From the NCBI GenBank assembly GCA_903870165.1, contig CAIQBW010000021.1, positions 6,163 to 70,162 on the forward strand: a stretch of 64,000 nucleotides of DNA, written 5' to 3'. The position numbers and the translations under genes are program-made. Positions within the stretch are counted from its first letter, which is position 1. The number at the start of each line of letters is the position of its first letter. Shown piece by piece: positions 11,196 to 20,031 of the stretch. The notes under the pieces were generated by a model. It had not been told where the DNA came from and did not search any database. It saw nothing but the letters and a program-made list of their open reading frames with translations. The DNA is from an uncultured Methylophilaceae bacterium (lineage in GTDB: Bacteria > Pseudomonadota > Gammaproteobacteria > Burkholderiales > Methylophilaceae).

Positions 11196-12355
11196 GTTGC
11201 AGTTTCTTTAGGTTCGGCTGGTAGGGATTCCCATGCATTGCAGGCTGGGCATTGCCAGTGGAAGTTACGGGCCTTAAAGCCACATTGGTCGCAATAATAA
11301 GCACTGCGGTTGCCTATCGCGTAGCGAATAGTTTGATGCATTAAGCTGATATCACTGTTGGCAATGTTGCTTTGCAAGCCTCGTGCTTTCAATAATTGAT
11401 CAAGTGTTTGTAAGCTAGGTTTTCTTTCTAAATCATTAAGTGCAAGATTTGCCGCCGCATCTGCACCTTGTTCAGTTAGTGTGATTTCAAACACGACAGA
11501 TAGCAGTGATGGAAGTTTGTAATTTTGGAAGTATTGTCTGAGTAATTCAATGCCTTCATCAAGTTCACCCAACTCACGATAGCTATTGAGAAGTTTATTG
11601 GCTACCATACCTAGGCACTCTGGTTTTTGGAACTCAACGCGCTTCCAGAAGCTGATAGCTAGTTTGTGCGCTTTCGTGCTGGCTTCCATGTCGCCGAGCA
11701 TAATATTTGCTCTCACGCAGTTTTTGTTAGCATCTATCGCCATCTCAAGCTCGTGGCGTGCCGTGTGGGCATCTTGGTCTAAGATGGATTTAATCGCCAT
11801 TTCACAATAGAACTGTGCAACTTCTTTGCGAAATGATACGCCAGAAACGCGTTCAAGTTCAGTGGCTGTTTTAATCGCCCGTTGCCATTCGCGTTCACGA
11901 ATGAAAATCTCTAATAAGGCACGTAAAGCTGGTTGTTTGTATCGGCTATCATCTAGGCCGCTAAACAATTCTTCTGCGCGATCATACAGGCCTGCTTTTA
12001 AATAATCTTGAGCAAGTTCTGCTTTAATTGCTTTGCGCTGGTCGCTTGGTAATTCTTTACGGTCCAATAAGTTTAGATGTAAGTTGATGGCGCGGTCGAC
12101 TTCACCGCTGCGGCGAAAAAGACTACCTAAAGCGAAATGTAATTCTAGAGACTCAGCATTGGCTTGAGCCGCTTCAATAAACGCCTCAATGGCTTTATCG
12201 TGCTGGTCTGTGATGAGGAAATTTAGGCCCTTGAAATAGGCGGCAGGCAAGCTAGTTGATTCAGCGAGTAATTGTTTGATGTCGATGCGCGCCGCTATCC
12301 AACCAAGTGCAAAAAATAAGGGGATAGCTATGAGCCACCAATATTCAAAATCCAT
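11192..12355 (-). CDS. lapB: Lipopolysaccharide assembly protein LapB (YciM)
   Basis: N-terminal TM helix, TPR repeats, C-terminal rubredoxin CDQC/CPAC; overlaps pyrF by 4 nt. Confidence 0.94.
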   Translation of the reverse strand: MDFEYWWLIAIPLFFALGWIAARIDIKQLLAESTSLPAAYFKGLNFLITDQHDKAIEAFIEAAQANAESLELHFALGSLFRRSGEVDRAINLHLNLLDRKELPSDQRKAIKAELAQDYLKAGLYDRAEELFSGLDDSRYKQPALRALLEIFIREREWQRAIKTATELERVSGVSFRKEVAQFYCEMAIKSILDQDAHTARHELEMAIDANKNCVRANIMLGDMEASTKAHKLAISFWKRVEFQKPECLGMVANKLLNSYRELGELDEGIELLRQYFQNYKLPSLLSVVFEITLTEQGADAAANLALNDLERKPSLQTLDQLLKARGLQSNIANSDISLMHQTIRYAIGNRSAYYCDQCGFKARNFHWQCPACNAWESLPAEPKETAT

Positions 12356-12420
12356 TATTGAGCGCCTTGATGGTTTTCTACTAAAAGGGTTGACCCCATT
12401 GTTTTGTAAATAACTTGCAT
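12355..12420 (-). CDS. Candidate 21-aa upstream ORF (MQVIYKTMGSTLLVENHQGAQ) coupled to lapB
   Basis: Hand translation; its TAA overlaps the lapB ATG (TAATG); TAAAAT lies 7 nt upstream of its ATG; no homology evidence. Confidence 0.35.
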   Translation of the reverse strand: MQVIYKTMGSTLLVENHQGAQ

Positions 12421-12472
12421 GACATAGATTTTACTGGGGCTGGGTAAAAAGGGCTAGGTAAAAATGATATAA

Positions 12473-12518
12473 AAAAACGGTAGTTTCCTTATCTGATGAT
12501 TTGGAAACTACCGTTTTT
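12473..12518 (-). terminator. Intrinsic terminator of the rpsA-ihfB transcript
   Basis: AAAAACGGTAGTTTCC...GGAAACTACCGTTTTT inverted repeat with a U7 tail on the minus strand. Confidence 0.85.
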
Positions 12519-12556
12519 GAGGTCTCAACCAACATTAAAGTTGATTGATGTGAAGC

Positions 12557-12838
12557 TTAGACTAAATCAACGCGCTCGCGTAACTCTTTACCAGCTTTAA
12601 AGTGAGGTACATGCTTAGCAGGCACTTCAACTTTGCTACCAGTTTTTGGATTGCGACCAAGGCGTGGTGGACGATAGTTAAGACTAAAGCTACCAAAGCC
12701 ACGAATTTCGATACGCTCGCCAGCTGCTAAATTGTCCGTCATTGAGTCAAGGATGGCTTTTACTGAAAGTTCAGCATCCTTGACAACAAGTTGAGGAAAG
12801 CGTGCAGCTAAGTTAAGAATGAGCTCAGATTTTGTCAT
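12557..12838 (-). CDS. ihfB: Integration host factor subunit beta
   Basis: [38 protein letters not shown]. Confidence 0.97.
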   Translation of the reverse strand: MTKSELILNLAARFPQLVVKDAELSVKAILDSMTDNLAAGERIEIRGFGSFSLNYRPPRLGRNPKTGSKVEVPAKHVPHFKAGKELRERVDLV

Positions 12839-12849
12839 GGCTTTCTACC

Positions 12850-14364
12850 TTATTCGTTGTTTTTGCTATCAAGTTTAGCTTTAAGCAATGCGCCTAGATT
12901 AGTAGTGCCTGCTGTTGCTGCGCCATCATCAGGCACTTGAGCAGCTTCTTTAGCTTTAGCTGATTTAGCTTTAGGTTTCGCTTCAGTTTTTTCTTCTGAA
13001 GATGTGCCACCTGAAGGATCAGCAGTAAGTTGTTTAACGCCTAATGAGATGCGCTCTTTTTCAACATCAATGCTTAATACCAAAGCTTCTAACTCGTCGC
13101 CTTTTTTGAAGTTACGAATTGCTTCTTCGCCAGTTTGAGTCCATGAAAGGTCTGATAAGTGAACTAGACCATCAATACCACCTGGCAAGCCAATGAATAC
13201 TCCAAAATCAGTGATAGATTTGATTTGACCACTAACTTTGTCAGATTTTTTATGACTTGCTGCAAAATCGTCCCATGGGTTTGTTTGGCATTGTTTCATG
13301 CCTAATGACAAGCGACGACGATCTTCATCGATCTCAAGGATCATCACTTCAACTTCGTCGCCTAATTGAGCGATTTTAGCTGGGTGGACGTTCTTGTTAG
13401 TCCAATCCATTTCTGAAACGTGAACAAGACCTTCGATACCTGGTTCGATTTCAACGAAAGCACCGTAGTCAGTCAAGTTAGTAACCTTACCGAACAAACG
13501 TGTGTTTGCTGGGTAACGGCGGCTTAATGCAACCCATGGATCATCGCCCAATTGTTTGATACCAAGAGAAACACGGTTTTTGTCTTGATCGAATTTAAGG
13601 ATTTTTGCTTCAACTTCTTCACCAACAGTCAACACCTCAGATGGATGTTTAACACGGCGCCATGCCAAGTCGGTAATATGTAGCAAGCCATCAATGCCGC
13701 CCAAGTCAACGAATGCACCGTAGTCAGTGATATTTTTAACGATACCCTTAACAACTGCGCCTTCTTTCAATGAACCCATTAATGCTTCGCGATCAGCACC
13801 CATGCTGTCTTCTAGAACAGCGCGGCGTGAAACCACAACGTTGTTACGTTTGCGGTCTAGCTTGATAACTTTGAAATCCCATTCTTTATTTTCGAATGGT
13901 GTAGTGTCCTTAACAGGGCGTAAGTCAACCAATGAGCCTGGTAAGAATGCGCGGATGCCGTTAACCATTACGGTCAAACCACCTTTAACGCGACCATTTA
14001 CCATACCCTTGATAATGCGAGCTTCATTCATCGCTTCTTCAAGATCTAGCCATGCTGCTAGACGTTTCGCTTTTTCGCGTGATAATTTTGTCGAGCCATA
14101 ACCATCTTCCAATGATTCGATGCATACTTTAACGAAGTCGCCAACTTGGACTTCCATTTCGCCACGGTCATTTAAGAATTCAGTTGCGTCAATCACGCTC
14201 TCAGATTTGAGGCCTGCATTCACTACAACAAAATCAGAATCGATAGAAACAACTTCCGCGGTGATCACTTCACCAGAGCGCATCTCTTGACGTGCAAGAC
14301 TTTCTTCGAATAACGCTGCGAAACTTTCGCCCATAGAGGCGGTTGAGGTTGAAACTTTAGCCAT
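12850..14364 (-). CDS. rpsA: 30S ribosomal protein S1 (five S1 domains)
   Basis: [11 protein letters not shown]-terminus, five recognisable S1 repeats, [13 protein letters not shown]-terminus; cmk-rpsA-ihfB synteny. Confidence 0.97.
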   Translation of the reverse strand: MAKVSTSTASMGESFAALFEESLARQEMRSGEVITAEVVSIDSDFVVVNAGLKSESVIDATEFLNDRGEMEVQVGDFVKVCIESLEDGYGSTKLSREKAKRLAAWLDLEEAMNEARIIKGMVNGRVKGGLTVMVNGIRAFLPGSLVDLRPVKDTTPFENKEWDFKVIKLDRKRNNVVVSRRAVLEDSMGADREALMGSLKEGAVVKGIVKNITDYGAFVDLGGIDGLLHITDLAWRRVKHPSEVLTVGEEVEAKILKFDQDKNRVSLGIKQLGDDPWVALSRRYPANTRLFGKVTNLTDYGAFVEIEPGIEGLVHVSEMDWTNKNVHPAKIAQLGDEVEVMILEIDEDRRRLSLGMKQCQTNPWDDFAASHKKSDKVSGQIKSITDFGVFIGLPGGIDGLVHLSDLSWTQTGEEAIRNFKKGDELEALVLSIDVEKERISLGVKQLTADPSGGTSSEEKTEAKPKAKSAKAKEAAQVPDDGAATAGTTNLGALLKAKLDSKNNE

Positions 14365-14467
14365 TAAAAAGGTACCTAAATAATCCCACCGTGCAGTGGG
14401 GTGAATTAAAAAAATCGCGAGTTTTAGAGACTCGGATGCCTAAAAATTAAAACAGACCGGAATTTTA
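14365..14467 (-). promoter_or_regulatory. rpsA promoter -10 element and structured, SD-poor leader
   Basis: TAAAAT at 14462-14467; hairpins at 14418-14434 and 14385-14400 separated by U-rich tracts. Confidence 0.5.
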
Positions 14468-14580
14468 CAATAAAACAATCATTTAATTAAGTATTTTTTG
14501 GATTTTTTGTTAAATCACTAGAAAAAATATTTGCGATTTGCAGTGTGGATGATCTTGTTTGTGTATCCCGCATGGGGGAT

Positions 14581-15252
14581 TTAATCTTGATGAGTGCTTG
14601 CGATGTGCATTAATGCTTGGTTTACAGCTTGCTCGATGTTGAGATGGCTTGTTTCTAAAAGGCTGGCATCAGTCGCTTGTTGTAAAGGTGCAACACTGCG
14701 CTGGCTATCGCGAGCATCTCGATCTTGAAGGTCTTTTAAAATGGCCTGATAATCCGCCTCAAGGCCCTTATTAATCAGTTGCTTGTATCTTCTTTCAGCC
14801 CGTACTTCAGCGCTAGCAGTTAAAAAGATTTTTGTTTTTGCGTCAGGGAAAATGACTGTGGCCATATCGCGTCCGTCGGCAACTAATCCCGGTGCTTTGC
14901 GGAAACTGTGTTGCAAGTCAACTAATGCAAGCCTTACCAAAGGATGCGCTGCAACTTTCGATGCACCTTGCCCCATTTGTTCAGTCCGTATCTTCTCGCT
15001 CACATTTACATCGTTTAGATAAATCTCACCATGTTCAAACTTAATGCTTAGTTGAGGAACAAGTTTGGCAACATCTTGTTCAACTTGCCAATCAATGCTT
15101 TGTTCAAAAGCTGCCAAACCAACGATGCGATAGAGCGCACCAGAATCTAAATAATGATAACCAAGTTTCTCAGCAACGATTTGAGCAATGGTGCCTTTGC
15201 CAGAAGCTGATGGCCCATCAATCGCAATAACGGGAATAGGATTTAAATTCAT
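14581..15252 (-). CDS. cmk: Cytidylate kinase
   Basis: IAIDGPSASGKGT, LDSGALYR, VADGRDM, RDARDSQR; start taken at the ATG 1 nt after the aroA stop. Confidence 0.96.
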   Translation of the reverse strand: MNLNPIPVIAIDGPSASGKGTIAQIVAEKLGYHYLDSGALYRIVGLAAFEQSIDWQVEQDVAKLVPQLSIKFEHGEIYLNDVNVSEKIRTEQMGQGASKVAAHPLVRLALVDLQHSFRKAPGLVADGRDMATVIFPDAKTKIFLTASAEVRAERRYKQLINKGLEADYQAILKDLQDRDARDSQRSVAPLQQATDASLLETSHLNIEQAVNQALMHIASTHQD

Positions 15253-15253
15253 A

Positions 15254-16549
15254 TTATTTAATGATTGTTGCAAAGCGTTCAAAGTAATCAGGAAAGGTCT
15301 TACCTACGCATTTTGGGTCATTAATTACGATAGGCACGCCGCCTAAGCTTACCAATGAAAAACACATCGCCATGCGGTGGTCGTCGTAGGTATCAATCAC
15401 TGCATTTGGCGTGAGTTTTTCGGGTGGCATAATGCGGATGTAATCAGAACCTTCTTCAACGATAGCACCGACTTTGCGAAGCTCTGTTGCCATCGCGCTG
15501 ATGCGGTCCGTTTCTTTAACGCGCCAACTGGCTATATTGCGTAAGGTTGTTGTGCCGTCAGCAAATAAAGCCAGAATTGCAAGCGTCATTGCGGCATCTG
15601 GGATGTGATTGCAGTCTAGATCGATTGCCTTCAGCTTGCCTGTAGCTGCTTTAACAACAATACTGTTAGTACCATATTCAATTGTCGCGCCCATTTTCAC
15701 GATTACATTAGCAAACTTGATATCGCCTTGAATACTATCGGATGTAACGCCTTCGATTTTCAGTCCATTTGCATCTGCCGCAATTGCGCCGGCAGCAAGG
15801 AAATAAGATGCTGATGAGGCATCTCCTTCTACATAAATCTCTTTTGGGCTTTGATATTGGCTATTGGCGGGAATGTTAAAACGCTCCCAACCATCACGTT
15901 GCACGACAACACCAAAACGGCGGATCAAATTAAGCGTGATTTCAATGTAAGGTTTTGAAATCAGCTCGCCGACAACTTCAATCGTGAAAGCTTGGCCAGT
16001 AAGTGGTAGCGCCATTAGAAGAGCAGTTAAAAACTGACTGGAAACATCTCCACGAATTTTGATCGGGCTTGAAGAGGCAATGCTCGCAGGCGAGATTTTA
16101 AGTGGCGGGTAGCCGTCATTACCCAAGTATTCAATATTGGCGCCTGCTTGGCGAAGTGCATCTACCAAATCCCCAATTGGACGTTCATGCATACGCGCAA
16201 TACCAGAAAGCGTGAAATCGCCTTGTGATAAAGCTAATGCCGCAGTGAGTGGTCTAAAAGCGGTGCCCGCATTGCCCAAAAATAGATCTGCTTGTTTAAC
16301 GGAAAGCTTGCCGTCATTGCCTGTAACACGCCAGTCATTCTCACCAATTTTTTCAAGTGGAATGCCTAATTTTTCTAGCGCTTCCAACATTCTCGCAGTG
16401 TCGTCAGAAGCCAATAAATCGCGAATTTCTGTAACGCCGTTTGAAAAAGCCGCGAGCAACAGAGTTCTGTTTGAGATGCTCTTCGAGCCAGGCAATTTAA
16501 TTGTTCCGCCAACTTGAGCGGCCGGTTTTAATATAATTGATTCCATCAC
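15254..16549 (-). CDS. aroA: 3-phosphoshikimate 1-carboxyvinyltransferase (EPSP synthase)
   Basis: [39 protein letters not shown]. Confidence 0.97.
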   Translation of the reverse strand: MMESIILKPAAQVGGTIKLPGSKSISNRTLLLAAFSNGVTEIRDLLASDDTARMLEALEKLGIPLEKIGENDWRVTGNDGKLSVKQADLFLGNAGTAFRPLTAALALSQGDFTLSGIARMHERPIGDLVDALRQAGANIEYLGNDGYPPLKISPASIASSSPIKIRGDVSSQFLTALLMALPLTGQAFTIEVVGELISKPYIEITLNLIRRFGVVVQRDGWERFNIPANSQYQSPKEIYVEGDASSASYFLAAGAIAADANGLKIEGVTSDSIQGDIKFANVIVKMGATIEYGTNSIVVKAATGKLKAIDLDCNHIPDAAMTLAILALFADGTTTLRNIASWRVKETDRISAMATELRKVGAIVEEGSDYIRIMPPEKLTPNAVIDTYDDHRMAMCFSLVSLGGVPIVINDPKCVGKTFPDYFERFATIIK

Positions 16550-16552
16550 AAC

Positions 16553-17452
16553 TTATGATTTCTCTGGTGAGTTTTCTCGTTCTTTTTGCCAAGCTAGGCG
16601 AGCTTGACTCGCATGCTCAAACATAGCCTGTAAGCCTTGACTATCTTCACTTTTTAATAAATTCTGCAATGCAGATATTTCACTTTGATAGGCCTCTAGT
16701 TCATTCATTAATGCGGTTTTATTGGCTAAGCTGATGTCACGCCACATTTCGGGTGAACTACCAGCAATCCGCGTGAAATCTCTGAACCCGCTGGCGGCAA
16801 AATCAAAGAGCTGTTTTGCGTTGGGTCTGTTAGCTAAATTATTCACCAAAGCAAACGCTAATAAGTGTGGTAAATGACTGACAGCTGCAAAGATTTGGTC
16901 ATGCGCTTGGGCTGTCATTTCACTTACATTTGCGCCAGTGATTTGCCATAGCTCGCGCACAAGCTTAATGGCTTCTGCTGAGGTATTTTCGTTAGGTGTA
17001 AGCACTACATTTTTGCCAATGAATAAGTCATTTTTAGCCGCTGTAACGCCGCTTTTTTCTGCGCCAGCAATTGGATGAGCGCCTACAAATTGGCTAAGAA
17101 AGTGTTGTGGATTTTTGGCTTGTATTGAAGCATCAATCACATATTGTTCGATATCTGATTTTGTACTTCCAGCATCCGTAACGACTGCATTTTGACCAAG
17201 ATGGGGAATGATTGCTTCTAAAATTTTTGGGGTTTGAGCAACTGGTGTTGCTATCAAGATTAAGTCCGCATCAGTAACTGCTTTTGCGACATTAGATTCT
17301 GCTTCATCAATGACACCTAAATGGAGCGCTAATTTAAGGTTCTCAAGATTGCGACCGACGCCCACAATTTTAGGTGCCGCCACTGTTTTTTTGAGTGCGA
17401 GCGCAACTGAGCCGCCAATGAGCCCAACACCAAAAATGACGATTTTATTCAA
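16553..17452 (-). CDS. tyrA: Prephenate/arogenate dehydrogenase
   Basis: GVGLIGGS, DAGSTK, HPIAGAE, HD..FAAVSHLPH, GFRDFTRIA; TTG start. Confidence 0.92.
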   Translation of the reverse strand: MNKIVIFGVGLIGGSVALALKKTVAAPKIVGVGRNLENLKLALHLGVIDEAESNVAKAVTDADLILIATPVAQTPKILEAIIPHLGQNAVVTDAGSTKSDIEQYVIDASIQAKNPQHFLSQFVGAHPIAGAEKSGVTAAKNDLFIGKNVVLTPNENTSAEAIKLVRELWQITGANVSEMTAQAHDQIFAAVSHLPHLLAFALVNNLANRPNAKQLFDFAASGFRDFTRIAGSSPEMWRDISLANKTALMNELEAYQSEISALQNLLKSEDSQGLQAMFEHASQARLAWQKERENSPEKS

Positions 17453-17532
17453 GTGTATTGCTTTGAAGATGATTAAAGCAGGAATTGTAGCATCGACAAG
17501 CTGGCCTTGTCTGATTTATGGCCTTTTTGAAG

Positions 17533-18258
17533 CTAGTTGTGTTTTATCTTTTGCCATTCGCCATCAATCAACGCTTCTTGTGGACCAAACTTTTTTTTGT
17601 AGACCATTTTGCGGCTGTCTTTTATCAAGTAACCTAAATACAGATAAGGCAATTGTAGCTCTTTACACCAATCGATCAGCCACATAATACTGTAGGTGCC
17701 ATAGCTAGCCTTGGTATCTTTGCTGTCGTAAAACGTATAAACCGCAGAGACGCCATCCTCAATGATATCTATCACACTCACAATTTTGAGTGTGCCATCC
17801 AAAGTGAATGAGATAAAGAGGCTATCGACATTGCTTTGGACTAAAAAATTACGGTATTGCTCAGCTGTTTCTTCTTGCTCATTGCCTTCGTGACGAGCGA
17901 TTTGGTATGCTTTATAAAGCTCAAAATGTGCTTCATCAAAAGTCAGTTTGGAAACCCTGGCATCTAAATTTTGATGTTGTTTGTAAGCCCGCTTTTGGCT
18001 TCTGCTTGATTGAAAGTCAGCCACTGGTAGCCGCACGGGAGTGCAGGCGTTGCAGTTTTCACAATGTGGGCGATAGACAAACTTTCCACTCCGTCTAAAG
18101 CCCTGTTTGATAAGACCACTATATTGATGACTATCGACCAAGTGTTGTGGCGTGGCGATTAGAGATTGGGCTAGTTTGGTCGGCAAATATCCGCAAGCAT
18201 AGGGTGCTGTGACGTAGAACTGAATTTTTTGCAGTGCTGAATCGGCTGGGCTCGTCAT
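17533..18258 (-). CDS. bpt: Aspartate/glutamate leucyltransferase (bacterial ATE1-like protein transferase)
   Basis: CGYL, GFRRSG..YRPHC..C..C, SAVYTFY, YLYLGY; overlaps aat by 4 nt. Confidence 0.9.
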   Translation of the reverse strand: MTSPADSALQKIQFYVTAPYACGYLPTKLAQSLIATPQHLVDSHQYSGLIKQGFRRSGKFVYRPHCENCNACTPVRLPVADFQSSRSQKRAYKQHQNLDARVSKLTFDEAHFELYKAYQIARHEGNEQEETAEQYRNFLVQSNVDSLFISFTLDGTLKIVSVIDIIEDGVSAVYTFYDSKDTKASYGTYSIMWLIDWCKELQLPYLYLGYLIKDSRKMVYKKKFGPQEALIDGEWQKIKHN

Positions 18259-18938
18259 ATCAATTCATTTAATTTAGACATAAATTCAGTGCGATTGATT
18301 TCTTTAGCGCCCAAAGATGCTAGATGTTTCGTATTCATCTGGCAATCAATCATCCCAATTCCTTTAATTTTTAAATAATCTACCATGTGTGCAAACGCTA
18401 TTTTTGAGGCATCTGTCACATGGTGAAACATTGATTCACCATAAAACATCTTATTGATAAGGATGCCGTATAAGCCACCAACTAAAGTGTTATCTATCCA
18501 TGTTTCAGCGCAGTGCGCGTAACCCAATTGATGAAGCTCACAATAGGCATCAATAATGTCCGAGGTAATCCAAGTTCCATCTTGGTTGGGGCGACTGGTC
18601 TCTGCGCAAGATTCCATCACCTTGCGAAAGTGGGTATTAAATTTTACTTCGTAATCATTTTTCTTTAAGCGTTTGGCAAGCGATTTAGAAACTTTAAAAT
18701 CCTGCGGAAAAAGCACCATGCGTGGGTCAGGGCTCCACCAAAGCACAGGCTCACCTTCGCTAAACCAAGGAAAAATACCAGAGCTATAAGCTTTTAATAG
18801 ACGTTCGCTTGATAAGTCGCCACCGATGGCTAACAAGCCATTAGGCTCAGTTAAGGCTTCACAGAGATTTGGGAAGGGCGTGTCATGATCTAGCGCGGAC
18901 ACTTTGCCAGTTGGGAATTGGTAGTAATTACCTTGCAA
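18255..18938 (-). CDS. aat: Leucyl/phenylalanyl-tRNA--protein transferase
   Basis: [47 protein letters not shown]. Confidence 0.96.
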   Translation of the reverse strand: MQGNYYQFPTGKVSALDHDTPFPNLCEALTEPNGLLAIGGDLSSERLLKAYSSGIFPWFSEGEPVLWWSPDPRMVLFPQDFKVSKSLAKRLKKNDYEVKFNTHFRKVMESCAETSRPNQDGTWITSDIIDAYCELHQLGYAHCAETWIDNTLVGGLYGILINKMFYGESMFHHVTDASKIAFAHMVDYLKIKGIGMIDCQMNTKHLASLGAKEINRTEFMSKLNELI

Positions 18939-18959
18939 TTGAGCAATCTCGTTCAGTTT

Positions 18960-19694
18960 TTAGATGAGCATCCAAGCTGCCATGCCAGCCATCAACAAGT
19001 CCTCTATGATGGTGATGGTCGACATAGGTAATTCGAACACTGTGCCTAGGCAGGCACATCTGATTTTTTGTTTATTCATCACAGCTCGAATCACGCCTAA
19101 ACTGGAGAATCCCATGATAACAAGAGTCGCAGTGTTGGTGATTTGTGTTGATAAGCCTAATAAATATGCTAGTCCTAGTGCCAGTTCAATAAATGGATAA
19201 ATAAAGCCATAGGCCGTGCTTCGCATGGCGAGTAAGTCGTACATTGCATAGCTACTGGCGAAGGCTTTGAGATTTAGCATTTTGAAGAATGAAAATACTA
19301 AAAAGAAGCCTGCCATAAAATGCATCATCCAGCGTTCAGTATTGAAAGTTTCTTGCGCGATGTTGATGGCTAGGGTGGTCATGAGAATGTAGCCAACGAT
19401 TAAAAATAATGGCTGGTAAGTTGCTAACCAAGGTTTCTTGTCGATTGTGATCACTGGCGCATCATCTATTTGCGTTGCGATTAACTTAGATGCTTTGTAC
19501 TCGCCAACAGATTTCAGAGCTTGATTGATTTGTGCAATGGTTGCGCTTGTATTTATAAGCGTGGCGACAGGTGGGTTGAGCGAAACAGCAACTTTTTTAG
19601 CAAGCGGATTAAGCGCGGTAGTTACTTTTTTTACGCAGCTATTACAATGCATGCCTGTAATTGATAGTTCGGTCGTTTTTTCTGAATACTTCAT
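18960..19694 (-). CDS. Heavy-metal-associated (HMA) domain fused to a MauE/DoxX-like membrane domain
   Basis: ITGMHCNSC metal motif at the N-terminus, about 5 hydrophobic helices, CACLG motif; start at MKYSEK. Confidence 0.8.
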   Translation of the reverse strand: MKYSEKTTELSITGMHCNSCVKKVTTALNPLAKKVAVSLNPPVATLINTSATIAQINQALKSVGEYKASKLIATQIDDAPVITIDKKPWLATYQPLFLIVGYILMTTLAINIAQETFNTERWMMHFMAGFFLVFSFFKMLNLKAFASSYAMYDLLAMRSTAYGFIYPFIELALGLAYLLGLSTQITNTATLVIMGFSSLGVIRAVMNKQKIRCACLGTVFELPMSTITIIEDLLMAGMAAWMLI

Positions 19695-19763
19695 ATTGAC
19701 TAACCTACACAATAAAGCATTTAGTTTATACCAATTGCGGTAAAGAGGGCTTGCGGTGAAAGA

Positions 19764-19925
19764 CTACTTTTTGGTTGGCTTAATATATTTCTTTTCAAAG
19801 TCTTCAATGGTCAACGCTTGGTCATATAAATAACCTTGGCCGTAATCGCAATCAAACTCTTCCAGCCATTTTGCATCTTCTATTTGCTCAACGCCTTCAG
19901 CAATTGTTTTGATGGCTAAGTGGGA
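19764..19925 (-). pseudogene. Remnant 3' end of an EAL-domain (c-di-GMP phosphodiesterase) gene
   Basis: Hand translation SHLAIKTIAEGVEQIEDAKWLEEFDCDYGQGYLYDQALTIEDFEKKYIKPTKK*, preceded by an in-frame TAA and lacking a start; AEGVE and CDxxQGY are EAL C-terminal motifs. Confidence 0.85.
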
Positions 19926-20031
19926 TTAAAGTTTGGAGATGATGTTTAGTCTTGAGAAAACATTTCCTTTGGGCGATATTCATCTCGATTTCGGGTAAAA
20001 TAGGGCTTTTATATTTTCAGCTTTTTAGGCC

